A DNA stretch of 64,000 nucleotides from contig NC_042997.1 in NCBI RefSeq assembly GCF_006345805.1, forward strand, positions 82,522,001-82,586,000. Reading direction: 5' to 3'. Under the pieces are notes generated by a model, which was given only the letters and a program-made list of their open reading frames with translations, had not been told where the DNA came from and made no database searches. Shown here piece after piece: positions 10,690-24,326 of the stretch. Position numbers and translations under genes: made by a program. The stretch's first letter is position 1. Each line of letters starts with the position of its first letter. This DNA comes from Octopus sinensis. Taxonomy: Eukaryota.

Positions 10690-12500
10690 GGAAATATATT
10701 TTAAAAAATAACAAGTTGGAAAGCTCCTGGATCAGATGGTGTTCAGAGATTCTGACTTTAAATTCGTATAGATATGCACAGCTATAAACAACTCCTTCTT
10801 TATTGACTATAGAAAATGTAACACTAACATGGATGACTAAAGAAAAGACAGTGAAAATACAGAACAAAGAAAGAGGAGGGAACTCAGTAATTTATAAACC
10901 TATTACATGCTTATTAAACTCAAGAAATTATTTAACGGGCTTTATAGCAGATAAACTGTACACTTTTCAGAAGACTCTCTAACAAAGAGGCGCAAAAGGG
11001 ATACAGAAAGAGGTTAAGTGCAATTGTTGACCTGTTGCATGTTGATAGCATAATATCAAGTGAGGAAATAATAAGAAAGAAAATCTTAGCTTTTGATTGG
11101 ATAGACAATAAGAAAGTTTACAAGAATGTTCCACATCGTTTATTCTTTGAGTACCTGGAGATACTTGGGGGTCAATAAAAAGATTAACAGTTTTTTTTTT
11201 TTAGAAAAAGCAATGAGATCATGGGAAGTAGAACTCAAATATAGAAATGGATCATTGTGGAAATATGAAAATACCCAGGGGAATATTTCAGGTAGACTCA
11301 TTCTCTCAATTACTTTTCATCACAGAGTTAATCCCCCTGATAAGCATACTGAGTAAATTCAGGCCTGCCTCTGCGCTAGTTAAAGCCAGGTGAAAATAAA
11401 TCACCAGCTATATACAGATGACCTCAAACTGTACACATAAAATTAGAAAGACCTGGATTCTCTGATTCAAAGAGTAAAAATATTTTGCAAGGAGACTGGT
11501 GTGCATGATCTTTGTTTAATATCCACTTTCCATGTTGGAATGGGTTGGACGGTTTGACTAACTAGCAGAGAGCTATCCAGACTCTAGCTATCTGCTGAAG
11601 CATAGTCTCTATAGCTGGATGCCCTTCTTAATGCCAACTGCTTAACAGAGTGTGCTGGATGCTTTTTATTTGTCAATAGCACGTTCATTTTCTATGCTGA
11701 CTTGGGTTGGATGGTTTGACAGGAGCTAGTCATCTGAAGGCTCCATGTCTGTTTTGCATGGTTTCTGCAGCTGGATACCCATCCTAACACTGACCACTCT
11801 ACAGAATGTACTTTTACACAGCACTGGCATGAGTGCTTTTACATGGCACCAGCACAAGAGCCTTTTACGTGACACTAGTTTGGGATATATAAGTACATAA
11901 ATTTAATTATAGAGAGAGGCTGAGACATTAAATCTGATGGTATAAAGATATATGATGATATCATTAGATTGCTGAGAGATAATAAAGGAGACAAGTGCTT
12001 AGGATGCTGCAGGATAATAATGTAATTAAAAGAGAAATTAAAATGAGAGAACAAGTCTCTGAAGATGAGGAGGTTTAGGAAGGTGCTTGAAACAAAACTA
12101 AATGGAGAGAATGATGTTAAGACATGCCAGTATTGAGACACTCTGTACCATTTCTAAAATAGATAAAGACAGCACTACAGGAATTAGATAGAACTACACA
12201 GCTGTTCATAATACACACCACCCTAAAAATAATACTGAGAGGGTCTGCTTACCAAGAAAGGAAGAAGGTTGAGGTTCGTTCAATACAGAAGATGTAACAT
12301 TGGGTTTGAATAACTATGTTGAGCAAAGTGAAGAATGAATATTATCTGCAGCTAGAAATATCCAGAAAGAAGAACAGCAGGACAAACAGTTGGACATAGA
12401 AGGAATTATCTGATCAATTCATGCAACAAACTGAAGATGTTGGAAAGGATAAAAAACAAAGCTGACCTCAGAAGCATTTGAACTCAAAACATAAAAACAG
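10690..12500 (+). mobile_element. Old, heavily decayed R4/Dong-like RT, interrupted at ~11510-11870 by RTE-tail-like repeats
   Basis: Remnants SWKAPGSDG, YKPITCL, GIFQ..SLS, NHQLYTDDLKLY, RRFRKVLETKLNG and HHPK..ERVCLPRKE, with many stops and frameshifts. Confidence 0.65.
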
Positions 12501-12784
12501 ATGAAATGCTGCTAAGTCATATTTTGTGTGAGGCTGAATCTCGCTGAGATAATGTTATGCATGTCTGTAGAGTGCTCAGCCATTTGTGAGTTAATTTTAT
12601 CGTTGTGTGGTAATGAAGTGAAATTTACATCCAATATTTGCTGTGTGTATGTATCCAGGTATGAACTTTTCTTTGGATTTACTTATCTGCTGTCTTGCTC
12701 ATTTTCTGTTTCTCTTCCACTTCCTTTGTGTCCCTCTTCTCTCCTGCTTTTGATTTAACAATGTGTATATGTATCATCCTTTTC

Positions 12785-13436
12785 GCCTTCGGCCCAGTGC
12801 GTCCATGCTGCCAACAAAGCACGCGGAATTCTGTTCTTGATTCGACGGTCATTCGGAATGCTCACAGCAGCCATATTCCTACCACTCTATGTCATGCTGG
12901 TGAGACCCATATTGGAGTACGGGATTCAAGCCTCTTCTCCTTATCTCCTCAAAGACATACAGCATCTCGAAAGGGTCCAGAAGCTGGCTACCCGCATGGT
13001 TCATGGTCTCAAAAATTTGTCCTATGACGAAAGGCTGAGGACGCTCGACCTTTATTCTCTAGAAAAACGCCGCCACCGTGGTGATATCATTCTCACCCAC
13101 AACATCATAAGCGGAAAGTGTAACCTCTCGAAAGAGCTGTTCTTCACTCCTGCTCCAGAGCGTCGGCTGCGGGGTCATTCCGAAAAGCTCTACCTGCGAC
13201 GATTTCATCTCAATCGAAGGAGAGGAGCTTTCTCCGTCCGGGTTGCGGATCGGTGGAACAAGCTGCCTGACGAGATGGTGAAGATGCCGACGACCGCTTT
13301 GTTCAAAGCCTCCCTTGACCTCAAGTGGCCTGAACTCTTTACATGAACACCACCCTGTACTTAACTCCATGTCCCCCTACATGGCCTTGCTATTTGCTTT
13401 TGAGCCAAATTAACTAACTAACTAACTAACTAACTA
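12785..13436 (+). mobile_element. CR1-clade LINE 3' fragment with (CTAA)n tail
   Basis: AQCVHAANKARG..IRRSF, LVRPILEYG, LERVQKLATRMV, LEKRRHRGD, FSVRVADRWNKLP; open frame to TGA at 13346; tail taactaac 13411-13436. Confidence 0.9.
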
Positions 13437-14659
13437 CTTCTCTTGCGATGTGATAAACATTTAAGAACACAAAATGAACGCTGTCACCACTCACTGTCTC
13501 TTTCTCTTTCACTCTCTTTCTTTCTCTCTTACGTCCTCTCTGAAACATTTAAAAACACAAAATGATCACTGTCATCACTCACTGTCTGTTTCACTCTATC
13601 TCTCTTTCTCTCTCACTTTTTCTATCTCTCACTCTCTTACTTCCTCTCTGTCCGCTCTCTCGTTTTGCCACTTCTTTGATGTAAGTGTGACACACACAAC
13701 AGGTACATATAAAAAGAAAAAAGTTAGCTTATTGATATTATTGAGAAGAAGAAGAAGAAGAAGAAGAAGAACGGTTTCAAAGTTTGGCACAAGGCCAGCA
13801 AGTTCGAAGGAGGGATTGATTACATCAACCCCAGTAATCAACTGGTACTGATGGCTTGGGTTAATCAAAAGGAGATTGGGAAAATTCACCAACAAAATTC
13901 CAGAAAGCATTATCCTACAAGAATTATATGCTATGAAGTGAGCTGTCCTCAAAGCAACATCTACCTTGCATAATCTTGGTTTGAACCCAGTGATATGAGA
14001 TGAAAATAAGAGATATAAAAAATACTATAACTGTTTTTAACATAAGTTCAAAACCAAAAATTTAGTGTAGAGGTTGATTAAATCAACTTCAATACATGAC
14101 AGGTGTCTTGTTTTATCAAGCCCAAAACAATGGAAGGCAAAGTTGACCTTAGTGGGATTTCAGTTCAGAATGTAAAGAACCAGGAGAAAAATCACAAAAC
14201 ATTTTCTCTGGCTCTGTAATGGTCCTGCCAATTCACAACCTTCAATAATAATTGCTTCTAATTTTGGTACAAGGCCCATAGATTTTGAGGGGAGGTGTAA
14301 GTCAATTACAACAATCCTGACACTTGACTGGTACTTAATTTTATCAACCTTGAATGGATGAAAAGCAAAATTAGCCTTGGTAGGATTTGAACTTAAGTTG
14401 TAAAGAGCTGGAACAAATACCACAAGGTATTTTTTCCTGATGTTCTAACAATTCTACACAAAAAGCCAACTAAAACAAATCTTGAAGGTTGGCTGTCACT
14501 CCTAAGGGGACACCAAACAAAACCCATGAGTCAACAAAAAAAAATTTAAAATACCCCATCCTATTACTAGGAGTAAATCATGAGAACCAAGAATCTCCAC
14601 TCCCAGCCACAACTACCCAAGACAAGAAGAATTACCTACAGAAATAATGTCAATGAGAA

Positions 14660-15020
14660 ATGAATGATCAGGAATCAACCCCTTTAACAGATTTTGATGT
14701 ATTCTCTGTAGATTTTCAGGTGTAAGCTAGGCAACTATATACGATATGGTTGGTGGTTTCTTCAAAGGTTCATATACCCTACACGTTTTGTCTATGCCAT
14801 CATTGATGGAGCTGTAGTGGTATGAACTGGTACTAAGATAGAGATATTGGGTGGCAATGATATCGTTATTATCATTCCTTTTGTATGTCTTGTTTTATAT
14901 CCTGTGGAGCCAGCTCCATTACATCCAATCCTTCCTTCCCAGAACTTCATCCCTCTGGAATTCTTTCTCTGCCTATGTTTTTCCTGCAGCTATTAACTTG
15001 CAAACTATTCAAAAGAAACA
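14660..15020 (+). mobile_element. L2/CR1-group LINE 3' remnant
   Basis: HYIQSFLPRTSSLWNSFSAYVFP.AINLQ matches the conserved L2/CR1 C-terminal motif; the rest is decayed. Confidence 0.5.
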
Positions 15021-16931
15021 TCAGTCAAGTCGATCTAACCAGACTGGGAGCATAACCCCTTCCTCTAAATTCAAACAAATGCACAAAACCAACCACAAGA
15101 GCAAAAGAACAGTAACTGCACACCACCTTTGTTTTCACCACCAGAACCAGTGAGAGAAGGAACCTTGATGAAGTCACTTGACCAGCCAGAAATAATAGCC
15201 AAATCTCCCTAAAATCATTAAAATACACCCCTAAAAATTACGAATGGTCATGATCGGAATGCCTTTTATCATACGTCTGCTGAATCGAGATGAATATTTT
15301 GGTAAACAGGAAAGGGCTTCTATACATAATCATTCAATAGCAGCTGAAACTCCACCAATTTATACTTCACGGTCGTAAGAAAAAAAGATACATTGTATAA
15401 AGGGTGGGGGGAATAAAAAAATATTAAAAAATGTGGTAATCACAACACCAGGAAGAGACTGGTTGGGCATTGGATGAAAAGCAATATGCTGAGTGAGAAG
15501 CAATAAAGCAATGTATGTCGTGGTGTGAGCGGTATGAGAATCTTTATATTGATAAGTTGTTAACATCTAGCATGCTGTTTTTATTTTTATTTATTTTTTT
15601 TCCGTTAACGGATGAGGATCTTTATATTGACCGATAAATATGCATGGTTGTAAATGTGGAAAGCACTCGGTCGTTAGGTCCACTACATACGTAGGTGTTA
15701 AAAGTTTGCTCCTTCAGAGCTGAGAACGTATACATATCATTTATAAATAAGAGACTCTACTTACCCGGAATGCTTCTTTGTTTACTAAAGTTTCGATTAA
15801 CTCTGATCATGGAAATAACCAAAAAAATATTCTAAATAGAGACTTATTTGCTTTACAAACAATATCGATGTTTTATAGATATTAAATATATTGAAAAGTA
15901 ACTTTTCAAATTGCTAAATTTGTATTTAATATCAGTAACGAGTTGTTGTTAGTAACGGTCTTATAGCGGTGTTACATGAAATCAAGTTCCACGCGATCCA
16001 AATTTTTCCATGTTACATTAACATTTCACATTTTCTACAATACATTATTCTGGCGAGTGGAGCTGGACTAATGGGATGCAAACTATTCAGTTGATATGTA
16101 TGTGTGTTTGTGCACGCTAGATAAGAGTTGTGAGACTATTGGTTTGATTTTCCTCTATATACAAGAAAAGAAGGCTAAATTCAGAATACATTTTCATTTT
16201 CTCATATATATCTTTATTGGGAACCAAAAAATTAAAAGAAAACTTTACAAACTGTCCAAAGTTTTTGTATCGTAAAATTTTGTACTTCGTTCAGATAAGT
16301 TTGTTCCTCATTATAAATTGTTACTCGAAGCACATGCAAACAAATAGCAGCAGTGCATCATATGTTTAAAAATAAAAGCTTTGATAATACCGACTGCTAC
16401 GAACATTATTTATAAATGTTTTGAGAAAGGAAACAAATGTGACTATTTCCTTCGCTACTACCAAATCACTTCCCTAAATGTGTGATTACCAATATATTTT
16501 CAACATAAGTAGTCCATGGGAGACAATTCTGCATGAAACCTTAAGTTAAAACTGTCACACTTGACATGAGTACATCCTTCATAGTTAGTTTGCATTTTAG
16601 CAACATTGCATCCAAAGGGCTTCACTAATTCTAAATAACTTAGAGTAAGAATTTTTCTTTTAGTTGTTTTTATCGTAGCATTTGTTTAAAAAAGTCTCCC
16701 CAGCTATGCAATTAAGAAGTTCACTTTTTATTCATATGGTTCCAGGTTAATCCCACTACTTAACATCAACCATAGACTTAAACAATGCAATACTTCGTGG
16801 CTAGAACTTGTAGATGTGTTTTTTTCTTAGAGTTTTATTTAGTTCTTCTCAAGAGAGTTCCAGCCAGTCACTTGAACAAAACTTTTTGAGTTAAGAGAGT
16901 TCCCTTTGTTTGTAAATTTGTTGAATTGGTA

Positions 16932-17147
16932 TACTCTTACTCTTTTACTCTTTTACTTGTTTCAGTCATTTGACTGCGGCCATGCTGGAGCACCGCCTTT
17001 AGTCGAGCAAATCGACCCGGGACTTATTCTTTGTAAGCCCAGTACTTATTCTATCGGTCTCTTTTGCCGAACCGCTAAGTGACGGGGACGTAAACACATC
17101 AGCGTCGGTTGTCAAGCAATGCTAGGGGGACAAACAAAGACACACAA

Positions 17148-17180
<33 letters not shown>

Positions 17181-17354
17181 CATATATACGACAGGCTTCT
17201 TTCAGTTTCCGTCTACCAAATCCACTCACAAGGCATTGGTCAGCCCGGGGCTATAGCAGAAGACATTTGCCCAAGATGCTACGCAGTGGGACTGAACCCG
17301 GAACCATGTGGCTGGTTAGCAAGCTACTTACCACACAGCCACTCCTGCGCCTAT
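16932..17354 (-). mobile_element. Full-length tRNA-derived SINE (family 1)
   Basis: Head with A/B-box-like motifs (tggctgtgtgg; ggttcagtccc), central TA/TG microsatellite, (gagtaaaa)n tail; many near-identical copies in the window. Confidence 0.88.
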
Positions 17355-18762
17355 AAAAAAGATGCTTGTCAGGTGTGATTTCCTTTATATTATTAACCTT
17401 CAAATTACAATCTAGCTTAGTGTTAGTTTTATTTAAGCTTTTACTCTTGCTATTATTATTGTAATGCATATTATAATTATAATTATTTTTATCTATTTCA
17501 TTTTTATGCTTAGTCTTATTTTTATTACTATTTATATTTTTATATAACATTTTCTGATAGTTAGCTTTTATTCCTATAAGTTTAGTATTAGTGTTAATGC
17601 CATTATATACATTAGTTTTTATGCTAGGGATATTTCTATTTGTGTCATTATAATAATTATTATTACTTCAGTTGTTACTATTATTACTGTAGATGTTACT
17701 ATTATTATAATAAATATTATCTATATGTGGAATAGATTTTATTTTATTATAACCAGCATTTGCTAAGGCTATATTATATTGGTCTTTATGCTAATATTTT
17801 TAATTCATATATTTTTAATTGAGGCTGGATGATTACTTTGAGAATATATGTATTTAATATTTGAGTTAGGTTTCTTAAATGGTTCATGTAAGCCTGTTAC
17901 TGAGTTAATGTCAGCATCTAAGAAAGTAATAGAGTTGTAGTCTCTCTCTATAGTAAGAGTGAGGCCAAATCTCTTAAAGAATTTACACAGCTGTTTCTTA
18001 ATAAGTTCCATACACTTATTAGAGAAGTTTTTTTACTATGAACAATGCTTATATATAATCAATTCATGGAAGTTAAGTCCTCATTAGGGATTATATAATC
18101 CAAGGTATTCTACTGGTTTAATTCATATCATATATGTAGGTTCTTCTTACATTTTTTCTTAACTTTTTTGAACTTTCACCTTCCAATTTATTTGTAATGT
18201 TTATTAAAAAAAAATCATCTCTCTATAACCTGCAAATAAATCAGTAATTAATACAGATAATAAAAATAAAACTAAGTATATACCTAATAAATATAAAGCA
18301 GGCATTAATACCCCCAGTTTTAATAGAAATTATGAATTATCTAATAATAATATATGGTTGAGTTTGGCTCTTGCAATGCAAATTAAAAGTAACTTAATAA
18401 AATCAATTCTTTCAGTTATTAACAAGCATTTTAATATCGATATCATTAAATTATCAATAATAAAACTATTAATATTGGATATAGTTTAACCCATAACCTT
18501 GCAATTATTATATCTTCCATAAATAATAGGAAGTTAGACATATTCTACTTGAAAGAAATAATACTAACAGGAATAATAATAATAGTAATATTTTACACAC
18601 ACACACCCAGTAATTAACCCTAATAACAATAATAACACAACTCTGCTGAACAGCACCAGTACTTACTATAGGGTCCATCCACTTAACATTCCTAATATTA
18701 ATAATAATATATATAATAGTTGTGATTGTAGGATTAAAAGTAATTGATTATTTAAAAATGCA

Positions 18763-19552
18763 TCTCTCTATATATAAACGGCAGTTTGTCTGTATGTGTG
18801 TCTGTCAGGTTGTACCCTCACCCTGACCACGGCTTTCAACCGATTCTGATGAAATTTGACACACACGTAGCCCAATGTCATAATTCAAAACTAACGCAGC
18901 GAAAATTTTGAAAAGTTCCCCCAGTTCTGAAAAAAAATCGATAAATTCGATATGGGTCAAGAATCTAAGCTTTTTATATGCAACACATTTTCTACAGACT
19001 GTCTAGGGGACGCAACTCGACCTTTGTAACTCTTGGAACACGTGGGGTAAGTATCCCAAAATGTATAAAAATGTACAAAAACGGCAAAAAAGCGGGCAGC
19101 AATGTGAGTGACAACAACAAAAAAGTCAAAAGTGACCAAACTGAACAAATGAATGGAAAAGGTTTTTTGATGCACACGACAAAAGCGGTTTATAATAAAC
19201 CAAGAGTTTGCAAGTAGCGTCCGAGGACCCTTAGGGTACGTCAAAAATTTAAGGTAAAACGTTTGGGGTGGTAGTTATAAAGAAAGTGTAAACAAAAAAA
19301 GTATTCGAATAACTTGCGGCTGCAGCAGCTATTAGCAGAAGTGGGGGTAAAGACTCGAATGTAATTTCTTCCTGGTAGGAATTGGTTGGGTTGAATTATC
19401 GATAGCTGTTTGATAGTTATTTGGGAGTGAAGAGAAGACATTGCAACCTACACATGCACCTTCGTTCCCTAGAGGGAAAGGACTAGATTGGGATTAGTCG
19501 TTGCCTACTAGGGGCTCTTACATACCCGGGCAACGCCGGGCTATGCTGCTAG
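18763..19552 (+). mobile_element. Non-autonomous Helitron (DINE-1/HINE-like architecture)
   Basis: 5' TC, GT/CT microsatellite, 3' hairpin cccgg-gcaacg-ccggg then CTAG (19549-19552); inserted between A and T with no TSD; second copy at 36419-36839. Confidence 0.88.
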
Positions 19553-20078
19553 TGTATGCATAAAAGTGTAATATATCAATGTACTGTAACGGCACAGGGA
19601 ATGAACAATTCTTATATAGGTTCAAAAGAAAATGAGGTTAAAAAATGAATTAACACTCATCTCTAAACTTTCAGGAATAAGCATAAATCTAATTCTACAG
19701 GACTAAGTAAATTTATTTGGGAGTTAAAAGATAGGAATATACAGTATGATTTGAAATGGGAAATACTCACCTCATCACCTTCTTATCAAATTAATATATA
19801 AAAATGTCTTTTATGCATAAATAAAAAATTTTATATTCTCTCTGCAAAATACCCTATTCTTAACCTCAGAGATGAATGCAATGTCACTTGCATACACAAA
19901 ACCAAATTTGTATTTTCAAAATATGGATAAAATATTATAAAGCTAATCTTATTCCTTATACTAACATGCATGTTCAAATTGTATAACAGCTTCCTTACCC
20001 TTTTTCCTTTCTGCTTTATGGTGTGTAAACCCCTCTTAAAGGTTTCCATTTTATGTTTAATCTTTACCATGTATATAT

Positions 20079-20329
20079 GATGCCAGTGACACGTTAAAAG
20101 CACCAACCGATCGTGGCCGATGCCAGACTCCCCTGGCACCTGTGCAGGTGGCACGTAAAAAGCACCCACTACACTCGCGGAGTGGTTGGCGTTAGGAAGG
20201 GCATCCAGCTGTAGGAACACTGCCAGATCAGACTGGAGCCTGGTGCAGCCCCTGGCTTCCAAGTCCCCGGTCGAACCGTCCAATCCGTGCTAGCGTGGAA
20301 AACGGACGTTAAATGATGATGATGATGAT
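20079..20329 (+). mobile_element. RTE 3'-tail-derived repeat
   Basis: High similarity to 2031-2273; ends ggacgttaaatgatgatgatgatgat. Confidence 0.85.
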
Positions 20330-21356
20330 TTTATATATATATTTATATATACTTAGCTATAACTGCATTTATACTTTTAACCTTTTTAGAGATGAAAGCA
20401 ATGTTTCTCCTATATACATGACCAAATTTGTGATTTTAATTTTGATACATGGATATAGTATTTTTTAGTTTGTTTTTTTTTTAGTTATTCTTGTTCCTTA
20501 TACTTACATGCATGTTTAAATTGTTTAACAACTTATCTACTCCTTTTTCCCACACTATACTCTCCTTAGCCCTTTTATGGTTCCCACATTATATTTATTC
20601 CTTACCATGTATATACGTCTGTTTGTATCAGTATTTATATATTTACCCTTTCTTATTCATATTGCTTGACTTATTAATTTATTAACTATATGATTATAAG
20701 CTCCATATTTGTTATGTATTCATACTATGTTTACAGTATATCTTGCACCTATCTCATAATACTCTTAACTTTATTGTTCCCTATTATATTGATTTCTTAC
20801 CATGTGTATTTATCTATACTTATCTATTCATATCTATATTTTTACAACTAATCCCTTTAATTAAGAAACATACAAAAGCCGTTCGATTCACTTCATCATT
20901 TAAGTTTAATTTGTCAAAATATTTTCGTCGCTATAAGACCGCGACCAGTTCACTGACAAAAATCCGTGCTGCATCTGAGAAAATAACAGTTAGTTCGTTA
21001 TATATATGTACATATGTATGTATAAACGCATGTATGCATGTATGTATGTATGTAGGTACGTACGCCTGTGTGTATGTATGTATGTATGTATGTGTGTGTG
21101 TATATGCACGCACATACACATTATAAACTTAAAGCTATAAACCTGTAGTGATGGATAGATGTAGACTGACCACTCATCACAACAATATCAAATTTCAACC
21201 TCCCCCCGCCGAAACTAGGAAGTGATTTACGACCCTCACCCCTAAGACAAAACTCTAAAACCTATTATCAGACATTTATCTCTATATCACAAAACTTTTG
21301 TTTTACTAATACTTATCTTTTTTTTTCTTTTCTCCCTTACATCTAGTTAGTTCAGG

Positions 21357-21421
<65 letters not shown>

Positions 21422-22330
21422 TGCACGTACGTACGCATGTGCGTATGTATGTATACGCGCACGTATGCATGTGCCTATGTATGTGTGTGCGTATGTACGT
21501 GTGTATGCCCATACGCAGGTATGTATGTATGTTTGTACTTATGTGCTACGTATGTATGTGAGTATCTAGGAGAATGGGCAGACGCGTCTGTGTGTGTGTG
21601 TACATGTGTATGTGCATGTGAACGTATGTTCGTGTACTGGTATGTGTCCGTCCTCTATATAAATACCTACTTCCAGTTTTGAGGGCATTATATTTAACTA
21701 TTTAAATAATTTTATTGATACGTTTTAATTTAACTTGTTGAATTGACCCATATTTAAGCCCTTATTATTACTTTTATTAGCATATATTTATTCGCTTTAA
21801 TTCTTATTTATTTATTTACGTTAAATACGATATCTTTTAACCTGAGCCTCTTAGCATATTTACATCAAAGTATCTCACCAAGGGAACGCTGCATATCTGA
21901 AATTTTTTAATTTTTGTCCAATAGTTTTTTTATTTTTATTAGTCTAGCTCAATAATAAATGTTTTTAAGGAGTGAAAGGTTATATTTTGTAAGTCTTTAT
22001 CCATCTATTTATTTTTACTCTATCTATTTTCACTTTTTACTCTATTTTGTTTTATTTATTTTACTTTATTCTTGTTTTTTGTTTTTTATAATTTTTATGT
22101 ACCCTAGCATTAAGTTAATATATCTTATAAGTCTTTTTGACCCTTTTGATTTTTATAGTAAGTAATAGATTGCCTGGAATGTCTTTAATAACTATACACA
22201 CTCGAATTAAACTCTACATACTAATTTTCTATTGATTTGATGGACATAATATCACAATATGACATTTCTACCGATATATTTACTTGGGTTTTTCTTATAC
22301 TTAACACTCTAAATGAATATATTGATCTAT

Positions 22331-23010
22331 GTGGGGTGAGGTTTGGGGAGGAGGGATCCCCAAACCTCACCCCACATTCCCTTCCCAGTTTTCAGAGTTG
22401 GCACTGTCAATGTTGGCACAATGAAAGGTAGGTCTAGTGAGATTGTGGAGATGCTTGAAAGGAGATGGGTTGATGTAGGCTGCATACAAGATGGAGAGAA
22501 GCTTCAGCTAGGATCCTCACAGGCAAGGCACATGGGTATAAAGTCTTCTCGCAAGGTAACATGGATGGTGTAGGGGGTGTAGGCATAATCCCCGCAGAGA
22601 AATGGGTGGACAGGGTTATAGAGGTTGTTAGGGTACACGATAGAGTGCTTAAGCTCAGGCTAGTCCTGCAGAATAGCACAGCTACTATTATCTCTGCCTA
22701 CACCCCACACATAGGGCTACCAAGTGATCAGAAGGATCACTTTTATGATACCTTTCTACAGGCTACCTCAAAGATGACTGGTAATGACCTCATCTTTGTG
22801 GCTGGAGACTTTAATGGGCCTGTCGGGCGGAAACAGGTATCTTCACTGGGGTACACGGTGGCCATGGTACTGGCACCCGAAACGATGAGGGAACCAGACT
22901 ACTGGAGTTCTGTGATGCATGTAACCTTTTAATCTGTAACACTAACTTCAGGAAGCCAGACAGCCATATTATAACATATCAATCAGGGGACTCTGCTAGC
23001 CAGATTGATT
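22331..23010 (+). mobile_element. RTE LINE APE-endonuclease fragment (frameshifted, lacks RT and 3' end)
   Basis: FRVGTVNVGTMKGRSSEIVEML, GVGGVGI, IISAY.P, AGDFNG.VG, LLEFC...LICNTNF.K. Confidence 0.85.
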
Positions 23011-23515
23011 TATCCCCACCATACATACATACACACACACACATACATACATATACATATACATACACACATGCATGTGTGTGTATATATATATATATAT
23101 CCTCAGGCCTTTTACTAGAACGCATACAGAAACAGACAAAACAACCGTTTATTTTCACATTTAGATAGTGGGATGGCTGGGGGATTTGAGGTTGGAGTTT
23201 TTCATAAAAAATTTGAAATTAAAATTTGAATTTGTGTTTATTTTTTCCATATTCTTAATCTCCATATTTTCCCATGTAGATTGATGGGGAAAAAAATTCG
23301 AAAAAAGTTTTTTAAAAAAGTTTTAAAAAGATTAGGGAAAAAAATGACCATTTTAATTTCATATGAATACTTTGTCATATTACTGCGGGAAATTACTCCG
23401 AAAAAATCTTTGCAGAAAGGTGAGTAGATTGGTTGCCTTATGTTATCGCAGTTTTGTGAGATTTGGCTGTTATTTCTAGCATGTGGATAGCCTGGTTGAA
23501 GGCCTGATGGTATTT

Positions 23516-23877
23516 ATTCTTTTATTTGTTTCAGTCATTTGACTGCTGCCGTGCCGGAGCACCGCCTTTAATCGAGCAACTCGACCCCGGGACTTATTCT
23601 TTTGTAAGCCCAGTACTTATTCTATTGGTCTCTTTTGCCGAACCGCTAAGTAACGGGGACGTAAACACATCGGTTGTCAAGCAATGCTAAGGGGACAAAC
23701 AGACACACAAACATACACACATATATATATATACATATATACGACCGGCTTCTTTCAGTTTCCGTCTACCAAATCCACTCACAAGGCATTGGTCGGCCAG
23801 AGGCTATAGCAGAAGACACTTGCCCAAGGTGCCACGTGGTTGGTTAGCAAGCTACTTACCACACAGTCACTCCTGCG

Positions 23878-23882
<5 letters not shown>
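23516..23882 (-). mobile_element. SINE family 1 copy
   Basis: Near-identical to 16932-17354 with a small deletion in the head. Confidence 0.88.
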
Positions 23883-23938
<56 letters not shown>

Positions 23939-24326
23939 TATATATATATTACGCCTATATATATATATTTGAAAAATTGAAATTTTACGAACCAATTTTT
24001 TTCAGAATTGTAAACTTCGTGTGTTTTTACGTATTTCTCAAAAAAAAAAAAAGTTCTGGGAAAAGTGAAAAATAAGGAGGGGGAGGGGTATATCGAAATT
24101 TTGAAAAGGCGATTTTTTGAAAAAAGTTTTTTTCAGAATAGGATCCTCCAAAACCAGAAACGTGGGATTCCGTAAAAAAGATCAATATATATCCATTCTG
24201 CCGAAAGTTATGACGGAAAAATCGGATCTTGCGAATTTTCCGAAAGTCCCCTCTCCACCCACCAGGGTCGTCAGCGCGCATTTGTGTTTTTCATATTCGT
24301 TTTCCACATACTTGTTAACACCCCCT

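Larger units (their letters stand above)
17370..20880. mobile_element. Decayed Penelope-like element: inverted RT part (-, 17370-~18295), linker and GIY-YIG part (+, ~18300-19920), duplicated 3' pLTR-like sequence
   Basis: Minus: ITFLDADIN..HEPFKKPN..YIYSQSNHPAS. Plus: IW..., CDCR, KSVIYQC, YIGS, NSTGLSKFIWELKD, CLLC, CIH..KF. 19860-20000 is repeated at 20378-20545. Confidence 0.75.

Noticed and set aside
15765-15810. Possible minus-strand exon MIRVNRNFSKQRSIP(G) ending at a gtaagt donor in a repeat-poor region
   Set aside because: Only 46 nt, weak start context, no recognisable homology and no partner exon found; cannot be supported without RNA data.
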